Shown here piece by piece: positions 13,035-26,205 of a stretch of 64,000 nt of DNA; position 1 is the stretch's first letter, and each line of letters starts with the position of its first letter. Origin of the DNA: Chlorokybus atmophyticus (Eukaryota; Plantae; Mesostigma and Chlorokybus algae); the NCBI GenBank assembly GCA_009103225.1, contig RHPI01003491.1:183128-247127 (forward strand), read 5' to 3'. The notes below the pieces were generated by a model, which was given only the letters and a program-made list of their open reading frames with translations, was not told the DNA's origin and searched no databases. The position numbers and the translations under genes are program-made.

Positions 13035-13787
13035 CCCATACACAAAGCACACGAGATTGTGTGTATAGGGTAAAACAGAGGGTGTGTCTCGCTGTGAGTA
13101 TGTAAGCAACACAGAGGTGCGCAACTGCTGTATAACCAATAGTTTGTGGCAGCCTTCTTCTTTCCTTCCTTTTAGGCCAACTGAAGTTGACCGTTGAGCA
13201 ACCAGCTGTCTTCAATAAGCTGTGAAAATACTTGATGTTAGTGTTAGCAGTCATAGTTAAGCTTTGAATTGTCTCTTGGCCATCGATAACATTCTGACTT
13301 TACAGTCCAAATCTAGCGTGTCCACATTGGCTGTGACCAATTTGTGACAACAGCCACAAGCACACATGCATGGCAAAATCCTTCATTGCATTTCTCTATA
13401 CAACAAGGGCGTGAAAGTCCAGTGTGATGGTAGTGGTCTGTGGATCTCTTGGTTGAGGTACAGTCATCAATTGGATTGCATTATCAGTTGCTGCTTGGCT
13501 GAGACAACGTGCTCCTTGCACATGATGATGTATAAATAGGACAGATTGAAGCACAATACATGGGCGGTCTCCGCACAGCACAACAGCAAACACAGACAGA
13601 AGAGTTATGTGTTTTTTCTTGTCACTCAACTGACAATCACACGTCGATCCCTTAACGCGAGCTGTGATGAAGTGCTGTCAACACAAGCGCTGAAGATCAT
13701 TGCAATGTACACTATATACAAGCAGTCCGGGACACAACAATTTCATGCAAGAGTGCGCTGCTTGGTACACAACATCTTCTTCCTCGC

Positions 13788-15909
13788 TCACCCCTCCTGC
13801 GCCACTCTCTTGATGGTCTTGTTATCCAGAATCTCTTGAACCTGCTTTGCATCGCTAGCGAGACCCTCCAAACCCTTCAGCGCCTTGCTCGCTCTCAACC
13901 TCATCGCTCTCGCCACTGGGTAGGCAGGCAACGTGTGCACGCTTGCATGTATACAACCAATGCGGACTGCCAACGCCATTGCGTAGCTGTACGTGCGCTA
14001 GCACCCACGTGCATGCATGTATGTGTTTGCGCAAATGAGACACAGCATGTGTGCGTACACGGATGCATGCGCACGCGTACTCGCACACAAACGTGCATGA
14101 ATCCGTATGCTATATGCGTTTGTGCACTCGCGCTTGCACATATGTGCACACACACCCCAAACCCACCCATCCCCATCTTCCTCACCCGTGGCCACCGTCA
14201 CGGACGGCAGTCTCAGCACGAGCCCGATCCTCTCCCCGAACCGCATGTCCCCCCCGCGGTCCAGCACGCCCGGTCTGAACACGGCAGCGTTGGTGAAGTT
14301 GAGAGCGAGGACGGCGGCCTCGGCCTGGCCCTTGGTGCGGGGGTAGAGGAGCCAGCTGGAGGCGGAGGCGCCCACGGAAGACACCAGAGAAAAGTGCCTG
14401 TTTCGAAGATCGATTGTTGGGACGTAAAGTGGTTGCGTGACCGTCAAGCGAACGCACTCACACATGCAACTGCGCAACACCGGCTTGGCTTGCTTGATGG
14501 TCATTGTCTGCGTGTGCGTGCGTATGCTGAACGCACACGCACACGCACATAGCATGCATGTGTTTGCGCTCGCGCGTGCGCATGAGTGCACGCGTGTGTG
14601 TCTGTGCGTGCACGTCAATGTGTCATCCGCTTAACAATCTGCTTTGGATGTTTGCGCTTGTGCGTGCGTGCACATGGACACGTATACCGCACACGTACAC
14701 GCATAGCACTCGTGCGCGCGCTTACTCCGATTTCACTCGCGTACTTACTTTGCTCCTGCGGCTTTGGCGACCTCAGCGAACTTCACGACATACTCCAGGT
14801 CGATCTTCTTGAACGCCGCCTTACACGACACACCAATCTCATATCAAACCCACCCACCCACCCACGCAACAACACATCCTCTCTCTCTCTCTCTCTCTCT
14901 TACCGCGGATCCGGCCTGCGCGCGCGTGGTGCCCAGGCAGCAGAACGCCGCGTCGACGGAGCCGGGACGGAGGGCGGCGGCCACGTCGGGAGAGGAGGAG
15001 GAGAGGGTGTCGGCATCGGCGAGGACCTGTGAGAGTGTGTGTGTGGGTGTGTGTGGGTGTCTGCGTGCATAAGTGCATGTGCACGTGCGTGCGTATACAT
15101 GCGTAGGCGCTTGCATCCGTGCGGGTGCACGTGCGCATGCGTGTGTACGTGCATGAACATGTGTAAGCACTTGTATGTGTAGTAAGTGACCGTGTGCACT
15201 GGGACGGGACGGGTGTAGCAAGCAGCCGGCACTCTCCCTCCAGCTTGCACGCATGCTCTGTTGCAACGCGTGTAATGCGTGTGCGAGACGTCATCGCTGA
15301 TACTTGCATGCGTGCACGCCTTCGGCACAACAAGCCTCACAACTACTATGCACCCACACGACTTTGAATTGCGTTACACAGCAGTTGGCATCGAACGCAA
15401 CGCAAAGAGCATCATCATCGCCCTCCCCTCATGCACACGCACATACGTGCATCACAACCCAATGGATGTCGGAGAACGTGTTGAACACAACAGCCACCCA
15501 ATCTGCTGATGGTGTGCTATGCAAGTGTGCAATGCATTACCATGCAAGGTCCTTTGTGTGTGTCCCACCTCAATCAGCCGGCCGCTAGCCTTCTCGCTGG
15601 CGACATCCACCGCATACGACTCCGGCACCTCCACAGCTCTCCTGCAAGGTAAGGTGATTGTGACATACATGTTTTCACACCGATTATGTGTTGAACCGGA
15701 ACCAAACTTGCATGAAAGCGTTGTTATTAGAGTGTCGTCAGCAGAGACAATGTGGCTGGCACTACACGTGTGCCATCGCGTTGTGATACGTGCGTGCCGC
15801 ACCGTGTGATGCACGTGACGCTGGCCCAGGAGGCCTTGTCCGCCAGCAGCTCCCCCACCACGCACCGCCCAACCGCCCCGGTACCGCCCGCCACCACCGC
15901 CCGCCACAT
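13788..15909 (-). CDS. HTATIP2/TIP30-like NAD(P)-binding oxidoreductase, 6 exons
   Basis: MWRAVVAGGTGAVG (Rossmann fold), DAAFCCLGTTRAQAGSA|AAFKKIDLEYV, HFSLVSSVGASASSWLLYPRTKGQAE, FRPGVLDRG; introns in phase. Confidence 0.88.
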
Positions 15910-16416
15910 CTCTCCCAGACACCACCACCACCTCCTCCTCGTTATTCTCCTCCTCCGCCTCCGCCTCCGCCGCCGCCGCCGCTGCCGTACATACATGTAC
16001 CGTAACGTACATGGACATGTACGTTATGGTACGTCACGTTGTCGTTCAGCACAGTACGGCACTCGTGACGTTAGTGAGTGACGTAACGAATGTCGGCGGG
16101 CACGCTGCGCTGTCACTGACAACATCACGTTATGGTTGGAGTTTAACCCCCAACTATATATATTCATGTGTAATGATATCTAATAAACAGCCGCCAACAC
16201 TGTCGACATCGCCCGTGGACTTTATCTTGTCCGTTGTGCCTCCTTGCGAGTCGTCATCTACACAGTTGTGAGCACAACCACTCTAGTTGTAGGCCTACAA
16301 CCGGAGTGTTGTGGGGCGTACGGTGGTTGTGCTCATCGCTGTGTGCCCACATTACCACATTGTGTGAACATCACCACACGCCCCCAACCCATTGTACCTG
16401 CATCTCTGCTGTGTGT

Positions 16417-16462
<46 letters not shown>

Positions 16463-16735
16463 NNNNNNNNNNNNNNNNNNNNNNNNNNNNNNNNNNNNNN
16501 NNNNNNNNNNNNNNNNNNNNNNNNNNNNNNNNNNNNNNNNNNNNNNNNNNNNNNNNNNNNNNNNNNNNNNNNNNNNNNNNNNNNNNNNNNNNNNNNNNNN
16601 NNNNNNNNNNNNNNNNNNNNNNNNNNNNNNNNNNNNNNNNNNNNNNNNNNNNNNNNNNNNNNNNNNNNNNNNNNNNNNNNNNNNNNNNNNNNNNNNNNNN
16701 NNNNNNNNNNNNNNNNNNNNNNNNNNNNNNNNNNN
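16463..16735. other. Assembly gap flanked by poly-G
   Basis: N run with G homopolymers on both sides. Confidence 0.99.
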
Positions 16736-16936
16736 GGGGGGGTTGTCTTGGAGCCGATCGTCTTGGTGGTTTGATTAGCAGCACACAGGTTGTGTCGCCA
16801 TCATAAAGAATGTACACACACACACACACACAACTATAAAGCATCGGCAGTGGTGTTTGCATCAGTATCAGTACCATAGCATCGTATTGTATCAGCGTTG
16901 TCTCAGCGCAGATCGATCAGAACACTTGTTGAAATC

Positions 16937-19900
16937 ATGGCTGGGGTTACCGCTGCCATGTTGGGTGTGGGTGTGGGTGTGGGTAATCTCTCTGCTGTGG
17001 GTAGTGTGGGTCTAGGGTGCAGGGCCAGAGCCAGATTGACGCAGAAAAGGGTAGTGGCCACAAAGGGCAGAGGCTTTGCATTCCGTGTGCAAGCCAACAG
17101 CAACGACAACGACAACAACAACAACAACAACAACAACGGTATCAATGGCATTGATGGGACGAAGGACGTGTATGCGTGGAGCAGGGCGGCCGCCGCGGCT
17201 GAGGAGGCCCAGACCCTCGGTGACAACAACCACAACAACCATGCTACGAATTCCAGCAACTGGCCAGGGTGAGGCACCGTCGGTTGACAGTTATGCGCGG
17301 GTGCTCGCGTGCGTGGGTATTCCTCTGTGTGCACGCACAGAGACCGAGCGCGTGCGTGCGTGCGTGCGCGTGCATGAACGTATGCGCGTGCGCGTGTTGT
17401 GTTGCGCTCGCACTCGCCCAGACACACCCACACCCACAACACACACACACTCCTCCTCCAGTATCTTGCCCGAAGTCCGCGGCCGCGTGGCCCTCGTCCT
17501 CCCCGACCCCTCCCTGGCCGCGTCCGACTTCGCGCTGCTGTGGACCGAACAGGACAGGAGGGACTTCTCGGAGGTGGCGCAGGCCGTGGGAAGACTCGAG
17601 GGAGTGGAGGAGGTAATATGGTTATCATCTTGGTGCGGACGTTGTTGTTGTTGCTTGTTTGTACCGAAACATGTATCTCTCAGGTTGTGGAGCTTGATAA
17701 CCATGCGATCCTGGTGCAAGAGTTACTCGACAACCCTCCCGTCCTCGCATTCAACTGCCTCCAAGTGAGTTGCTGTGGTTGTTGTGGTGTATGCCCACAC
17801 AACAACAACAACCAACAATCACACGCACACACACACACACTTCCCTAGGAGGGTTGGCGTAACCGCGAGTCGATGGAGCTCCACGTCCCCGCTCTGCTAG
17901 ATACGTTGGCCGTGCCGTACACGGGCAGCGGGGCCGACAGCATCGTCATCACGCAGAACAAGGGACTGGCCAGGGGAGCACTGGAACAGGTGTGTGTGTG
18001 TGTGTGCGCGCGCGAGTCACAACATGTCAGATTGTTTAAACTCACCAGCCACATGGCACACGTACGCAGGTTGGTGTGCCGGTGCCATTTGAGATCTACA
18101 TTGCTCCTGGCGAGGACATTGACGACGCCATCCCGCGGGTGAGTGTTGTAATACAATTCTCTCCCCACTATGTGTTTCTTATGTGTTGACCAACCAGCAA
18201 TGACACGTGCAACCCGACAACAACAACCACCCAACAATAACACCTCAACAGAGTGGAATTCCCTATCCGGCGTTTGCCAAGTACAGCAATGCGAGCAACA
18301 GCCTCGGCATCAGCGAAGCCAACATCGCAGGTGGAGCACGTTAGGCCATGTTGTTGTGTTAGTAGTGTGTCGGCACAACATCAACGACAGGTGGTGTGTG
18401 CAGTTGACCGCCACGCTGCTATCGCTGTGCTGAAGCAACTGCGCGAGCGCGAGCCCAACCGGCCCCTTTTGTTGCAAGTGAGTGCATGGTGCACACAACA
18501 CGACAACTACAGCACTCTCACCATGTGTGGTACATGGACGTGTGTGTTGATGTGCACAATCTGCAGGAGTATCTGACTGGGAGGGAAGTGACTGTGGCAT
18601 TCATAGGCAACGAGTCCACTGGCAACTTCAGGTACAAACGATGACAGCAACATTTGTGGCAACATGTGTGTGAAGTAGTAAAGCACATGCATACGCGTAC
18701 ACACACGCACGCGCACATACACGTAAGAGCGTGTGCGTGCGTGCGCGCCCCACGCTCTTACGCACTCACTATCACACACAAGCACACATACACCAACACA
18801 CACGTACACACACGTACACACGCGCAGGATGTTGCCTCCCCTCGAGTTGGACTTCTCGGCGCTCGACTCCTCGTGGGGTCCGCTCCAGCTTGAGAGAGTC
18901 AAGAACAGACCCGAGCTGTCCTTCTGGGAACAGGCATGTGTTGTTGTTGTTGTTGTTGTGTACAACCTGATACACGTGTCACACACCCACACGTTCTTAT
19001 CAGTTGAATGCTTATGTGTATTGTTTATATGTGTGCAGACCAAAGAAGTGCCGGCTGCCATGAGCGCGGAGGAGATGGAAGAGCTTGAGAGCATGATGAA
19101 ACGCATCGTTGCAAGGCAAGTGTTAGTATTGTTGTTGCTGTTGCTGTTGTGGCGGTGGTTGTTGTTGTTGTTGTTGTTGGTGGTGGTGGTTGTGACACTT
19201 CATTCACTTCAAACAGGTGTAACCTGAAGGATTATGCGAGGATTGACTTCCGTGCGGACAGCACAGGCAGGCTCAAGGTGCAGTGTTGTGCGTTTGTAAT
19301 TGGATTGAGAAGGAAACCGACATCCGATTGTGACGCATCGCGTGTGTGCATATACGTTGTTGTGTATGGCAAGTGCGCATGTGTTTGTGCGCGCAAGCGT
19401 ACAGGTGTACACACGCGCGCGCAAGCACCCACGCGCATACACATTCTTATTCAGGTGATGGACGTCAATGCTAACTGCTGGCTGGGCGGCAAGTTCCGCA
19501 AGATGGCCGAGTGGGGAGGCCTATCCTGGGAACAGGTGCACATACACACCTTATACAACACTAACACTATCCCTCATATATTGCAAACTTGTGTGTGTTT
19601 CTCCTGCATTTGCACTAACTGTTGTTGGTATTGCCACACATGCAGGCGCTCGACACCATTGCGCGCAGTGCACTCGCCCGCGCCAACCTTGACAGCTCTT
19701 TCCAGGTAAGCAGCAGTAACTATCATAGCTGTTGTCATGTTGTGATGTGGTGTTATGGTAGTGATAGTGATGCAAGCATCTGTGTGTGTGTTGGTCACAC
19801 AGAGGAGGGAAGATGGCAAGAAGCTTGCTGAGCTGTCGGCAAAGAGGCGTCTGGCCATGACTGCCATCATCGAAGAACGCGAGGTGAGACTCCTTTTGGT

Positions 19901-20295
19901 AACACCTTTTGCATCTTTTGGTACGCATGAGATACATCATAACACAACACCCACACATGCAATGTCGTGTGTGTGTGCAGAAACGAGAGGGTGCCAAGAA
20001 AAAGGCGGAGATGGTAGCGAGGCGCCGCGTGGCCGTGGCGGCGCTGTTCGAGGCGCGCAAACACAACAAGGACGTGACCGAGTTGCCGATACCATTGGAT
20101 GAGAGCAAGCAGCCACCAACACCCCAACAACAACCACCCCAACAACAACATGTGGAAGAGATCACCCAAAGTACACCCGCAACCACGCCCACACAGAAGA
20201 AGTACAAGGACGATGCCGAGCTCGTGGCGGCGAGGCGCATCGCCACCACGAAAATAATCATGGAGATGAGGCAGCAAGCGGCACAGAAGAAATGA
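16937..20295 (+). CDS. D-Ala-D-Ala-ligase-like ATP-grasp protein, transit-peptide-like N-terminus, repeated helical C-terminus (~14 exons)
   Basis: FNCLQ|EGWRNRESMELHVPALLDTLAVPYTGSG..QNKGLAR, YPAFAKYSNASNSLGI, LLQ|EYLTGREVTVAFIGN, CNLKDYARIDFRADSTG..|VMDVNAN match ATP-grasp/Ddl-like motifs. The N-terminus is Ala/Gly/Arg-rich and lacks acidic residues up to FRVQA. Confidence 0.75.
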
Positions 20296-21541
20296 ACTGT
20301 CGTGTGACACTGGTTTGTTGTAGCATGTGTGAATTGTTGCGGCATGCGTAGTGCTCTACACGTCACACGAAAGTTGCATAAAGTAAGCTAAGGGCAAAAC
20401 GTGTGTGCAAGTATGCCAGAAGGCCTTAAGCGCACTCACAAGCGCACTCACAAGTTCAACATACGCAAGACTGTGGCAAGACTCGCCAAGCCACAAACTG
20501 TCAATCTGACAATCATAACCACACCTACAGTAACAGGATACAGTAGCTCAAAGTAAGCCAAAAGGTTGAGACTACTGGTAGGGATATTGAGTGTGGTGGT
20601 CAGTCTAACTCAGTGTTAGCGCAAAGCAAGCAAACACAAGAGCAGTAGCAGTGTGTGACTTGTTGTTATATGCGCATCTCCAAGCTGCTTGCCTACTTCC
20701 AATCCGCCCTCGGCGGTCCCTTCATCAAGCGTTGCCGCAACTAAGTAAATCAAGCCGGGGTGTTGGTGCAATGCAGTGCTTGAACCATTTAAGCTAAGCC
20801 ACCAACGCTAGACTCTAGGACTCTAGGACCCCTCAAGCAGCACGTAACAACGAGGTAGAACAGGGGTAGGCAGCAGATGACCACAAAGGGTGACAACCTG
20901 CAAGTATCGGTGTGGTGGCTGGTTGCTTACTTTGCCATCAGGCAGCTTCTGTGATGATAGCAACAATGGAGATAAGATCAGATGCCAAGGCTATGTTGTT
21001 GTGTGACGAGCGAGACGCTTCTTGTCAACGACTGCTGTCTGCTGCAGACGGGGGCACCGGCGTGGGAGGCGGATGCTGGTTAGTTGTTGTGTGCGTGGAG
21101 TTGTGGCGTGCAGCAGTTCGATAGCGTGGGCAGTGCTGGTGCTAGGCATGGTCAGACTGTTTGCGAACCCTTGCGTGCCATTATACCGTAAGTGTTGAAG
21201 CTGCAGCAGCGGCATATGGCATTGAGATGACGCTCAAAGTTCACCACTTACTGTGTAAGAGCATATATCTGTCAATGTGCATGGGTGCGGCTGCGAGTGC
21301 ATTGAGGGAACGAGATGAGAAATATAGAGGCCAGAACACTATGGCGTGCCCACAGCTGGTTGGCCTAGTGCATGTGCATGTTTGTGTGTGCATGCACTAA
21401 ATGCAAGAGTGTATACCAACACAATGGCATGCACCTATAACTGCATGGTGGGACACAAGCAAACAAACAATGAGTGCTGAGAAACCAAAATTTGACCGCA
21501 ACTGCAATGTGCGTTACCACTGCTGTATCGCAACACTGCCG

Positions 21542-24500
21542 TCACAACCGATTGTCAAGATCATTGACCTTGTAGATCCGGACAATCCAGTTCCCCGTCG
21601 TGTAAGCCTCCTCTAAGTACTCCAACTCAAAATCCTTGAGACCAATGTCCGTTTGCCGCACACGATCATACCTGCTACATCGACAACAATGAGTCTGTGT
21701 TTAACTCAGTGCTATTTGTTGACTGCATAGTGACTTATAACTGCATGCGCATAAACCAGAACTTGCGATGTCACTTGTTCAGTAGGTTACCCTTGGGGCT
21801 TGCTATACTCTGTCATCACATTCCCAAAACGGTAGTAGCATAGTTTGTACCTGCAGCAACAACCAGGAGGAGATCAATCAACCAATTTGATTCCGATGCG
21901 TGAAAGCAGAACATGTGCAACCGGCTGTGTAGAGCGCGTGCGTCTGGAGGGCACTTACATGAGTGAATTCAGCAATGCTGGAGCGGCCTGCGCGTCTACC
22001 CGATAGTCGCCTTCATTGAGATAGTCCTCCTCTTTGATCACGGGGAACACACCTCCACCAATGCGCACCATCCATAAGAACCTGACCACATAAATTGCAT
22101 CAACTCTCTGATGCTTGAAAGCAAGGATACACGTGTGCGCACAAAGCTAGCTGTTAGGAGAACAAGCATATGTGTGCACACATGCATACCTGCGTGCACA
22201 CACATGTGCCCATGCGCATACGCGCACTTGTGAACAAGCACGTGCGCACACACGTGTGCTTTTGTAATACCGCTTGTCTACATGGACGTGTGAAAAGCAG
22301 GCCCATTGCATGCTTACATCAAGACACCAGCGCTCACTTATTGATGTCATCCGATGCATAGCCCGTTAGCCCGCCGAAGATGACCAGCACATAGTCCACG
22401 TCGAGCTTCCTCATGATTTGGTACGCGTCCTTCTCCGAGGACGCCATAGCACGTCCGACGGTGGCGATGTGGGTGTTGTTCCAGGTGTTGTTATCGACGA
22501 GGACGGTGCGGTTGGCCATGGCGGTGATCTGGTAGCCGTAGTCCCACCACGACATCACGCGCGCGTCCGGAGGGGTGTTGCTGCGAAGCCAACTGTACGC
22601 CTCGCGGAAGTCGTCGAAGATGATGCGGCTACCATCAGACTGCTTCGCCGCGAGCACGATCGAAGGAGAAGAGTACGCCTCCGACGTCACCCACGTGCAG
22701 TGCCCCGCGAAGAATATCAGAAGGATGCAGCAACCTGTCATCAGGAGACCAGTAAGCACTCCCTTTCATTATCTTCATGCATGAGCAATATTGAATCAAA
22801 ACAACATCATTAGCATGAACGTATCAACAATAATTCAACAAGCATGCGCACACCAACACAACACAAGCGCAAGCGCAAGCGCAAGCGCAAGCGCAAACGC
22901 CTAACTGTGTCCAAGTGCAAGCGCTATGCGTGCACGTAAACACACATATACACGTGCGCGCGCATGTGCATGCTTGGAGACACACGTGCATGTACACCCA
23001 CATACGTACGCATAATCATTCTTGTTACACACTGAAAGACGTTGGCCAAGAACCATTTTCCAGAGTACTCACTGGCGAGGGCGAAGAATGAGACCTCCTT
23101 ATTGTAAGGCAGACCCTTCTGGTCCGCAGCAGCCTTTTTGGAAGAGACCTTTTCAGCCTTCTCCGCAGCAGGCTTCTCGGGCTTCTCTCTCAGTTGCGTG
23201 GCGTACGATTTGAGAGTGGAGGACATGCCTATGGCCGACAACAAGCACGCCGCGGGTGCCGCCACGAGCATGAGCCTCACCATCACGCCCGCAAAGTACA
23301 CGCTGGTCATGCCGTACATCACGACGAATATGTTGGCGTCAGTGAGCTTCTTGAAGCAGAAGTACAGTCCAGCTGGCATGAGAAAGGCAAGAATGTGGAG
23401 GTCGAAGAAAAAGGATGCCCATGTGGTGGGCTGATGCTCGGAGACCGACGCAATGATGGGGATGTGGAGCTTCGCGTATGTTGGGTCCAACAGCGAGTAG
23501 AACCGGCCAGTCCATGGAGAGATGTAACCCGTGGCGAGACCCAACACCACAGCCGCGGCTGCCACCGCCCCCGCTGCTGTGAAGATCAGCCTGAAGAAAG
23601 TCTTGAACAGCTTCGGGTCCACCAGCTTGGACTTGATGTACAACACCAAATAGTACACCTGTTCACAAGAAAACGAGGGCCTTGTTGGTTACACACACAT
23701 GAGACCTGTCTTGTGTACAAAGCTGTGCAGAGAGCACACGCACAGTGTGCACGTGCGCTTGCAGATGTGTTTGCATACATGTTCATGTGCATGTGTGCAT
23801 GCTTGTGTGTGACATGTCATGGGTACAACCAGCGTATACACACCTGCAAGAGGGCAAACACTCCCATAGCAGCCATGTGTTCCCCAGACTGGACGTGTTG
23901 GAAGCCCACGAAGCGGATCTGCATGGCGAGCAGCGTGCCAAGGATGTACACAGTGCTGTAGGCAATGTACAGCCGCATGGAGTACCGCCCGGAGATGAGC
24001 AGCACCAGCACATACAGCGGAAGGAGGTTGATGATGAAAATGTACCCGCCCCACGCCGACACCATGTAGAAGTAGGCAAATGAGGCCGCAAGAGACCAGG
24101 CTAGAGAGCCCGTGTTAACAGCCTGCAATGGTAATGTACCGGTCAACGCTATTCAGCAATGCTACTCATTGATTGCTACCCATACTTATATGCCGCACAA
24201 ACCCACAGTGACATACCAGTGTGACAGACACATGGTTCATGTGTCTGTCACGCTCGTCTCCTGAGAATGATGTGTGAAGCAAAGCGACACATTTGCACCA
24301 TGCTTTGTGATGATCACACACTAGTGATGCAAGTAATGAACTTGATGCTGAGATGATACACGCACACATGCGCGCACGCACACGCGCATGCGAACGCATG
24401 CACACATACACTTTCACGTTCACACTCTGCAATATTGCCACTTGCCTTGACAAACAGGTAGAAGGTCAACAACAGGGCAAAGATGGCCACACCCTCGTTG

Positions 24501-25306
24501 TCAAAAGAGCCCGCAACAGAGCGTGAAATGTAGCCCGGCACGATGGCTATGAAGGCGGCGGCGAGCAACCCCGTGCTGGAGTCTTTCACCTCTTTGCCAA
24601 AAAAGTACGTGACCATCGCCGTGTTGGACGCGAAGAATGGTGCAGTGAGCACGCAAACCTCGCGGATGTGCACCGGCAAGGACAGCGCTCGCAGGATCCA
24701 ATAAATGATTGCCGAAGTCCACATCAACCCTGCAGTTAACAAAGTGAGCGCAGGTGCAGGAATTGATACATTACAATGTTACATGCTTAAATACGCTGTG
24801 CAGAGGGCTTGTCTTTATGTTATGACATGACGATTGGTGTGGTGCTTGCATCAATGTGTTTACACCAACCACCACTCATAAGCAATAACTCGCAACGCAC
24901 AACACTGACACCAACAGCTGCATGCCACTGTTCCAAGATGATGTATGCATACGTTGATGTATCATAGATACTGTGACACTGGTGCATGCATGTGTGTGCA
25001 TGCACACCTACACAACGCAAACATACCTGGGTAAATGGTAAAGCCGATGATGCGTCCGAGGGGGTACCACGACTCATAGTCGAACCAGTTCCAGAATTCA
25101 TAGAACCCTTTCTCCACCAGCTGGATGGTGCTGCGATAGTTGAAGTACGGGTCGAACTCGTGAATGACAGACTCAAATCGAAGCACGCTGAAGAGGCGGA
25201 TCGCGAAGGCCAACACGTATATGCAACACAGCGCGGCGATGCGAACGAGCATCTCCTGCTGCCGCGTGCCCATCTTAAAGGACATCAAGCTCTCTTTAAT
25301 ACCCAT
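21542..25306 (-). CDS. STT3B: Oligosaccharyltransferase catalytic subunit STT3 (plant STT3B type), ~10 exons
   Basis: [77 protein letters not shown]|[41 protein letters not shown]. Confidence 0.97.
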
Positions 25307-26056
25307 TTTGTGTGTGTCAAAGATGGCTCCTTCAGGCAAGAAGTACTCTCAACAACAAGAACTACAACAATAGCAGCACGTGTTGCTAATCTGCTGCTGC
25401 TGTAGGGTCAACAACAAACCATGGCTACGCCTGCCATAAGCTTCAAGCTCAAGGCTTGCGTGACCTGGGAATAAAAAGAGACATATGTCAGCTGACTGAG
25501 AAGATACGCAACGTGACTGACAGTTGCTTGTAGAGCAAGTGCAACTAGCTATTGAAGCTGAGACCACGAAGATGTCTTTGTTACGTTAGGCTTCTGTTTG
25601 TTGATGTGTATGCATGTGGAAAGCACAAGCACGTCATTGTCAATGCTGTACTATGCTTGGATGGCTGCTTAATACACTCCAGCAAGCGATCGCATTGTTC
25701 GCTGGAGTGGGGTTGGGAGTAGTCTGCCGCATGTAACTGGCATGCAGCCGACAAGCTGCATTATAAAGCTGCAAGCTGAACCATGTACAATGCGCATGGC
25801 AGCTACAACCGCTTGCAGGCCGTTGAAACTAGCAGCATTACCTCGACGAGCACCACAGCATCGACCTGCTCAACCACAATGCATGCAAATCCACAAACGC
25901 AGAACAGGTGACAGCGACCCGCCAGACAAACCTGAAAAAAAAGCTTCCGCCTTCGCTGTCTCCACGGTCTGCTCCGGCTCCTCCTCCTCCTCCTCCGTCG
26001 CCGCCGCTGCCGCCGCGGCGAACTGCGACGCTGAGCAAAACCGTTACAAGCAGAAG

Positions 26057-26064
26057 AAACCCTA
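26057..26064 (+). promoter_or_regulatory. Telo-box in the STT3B/methyltransferase divergent region
   Basis: Exact AAACCCTA; short motif. Confidence 0.3.
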
Positions 26065-26205
26065 GAAGCGGAAAGTTAGCGACTCTCAACAGCACCTCCC
26101 ACGCAAAGAACGGTCGCTAACGATCGCTAATGATCGCTAGTGAATTTGACTTCTGCGGTAACCCAGCAGAAGCGGCAAGCTACTGTTGCATGCATGTTGT
26201 CAGCC

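Noticed and set aside
25742-26095. ORFs between STT3B and the methyltransferase
   Set aside because: Low complexity with no family match; more likely promoter or 5' UTR.
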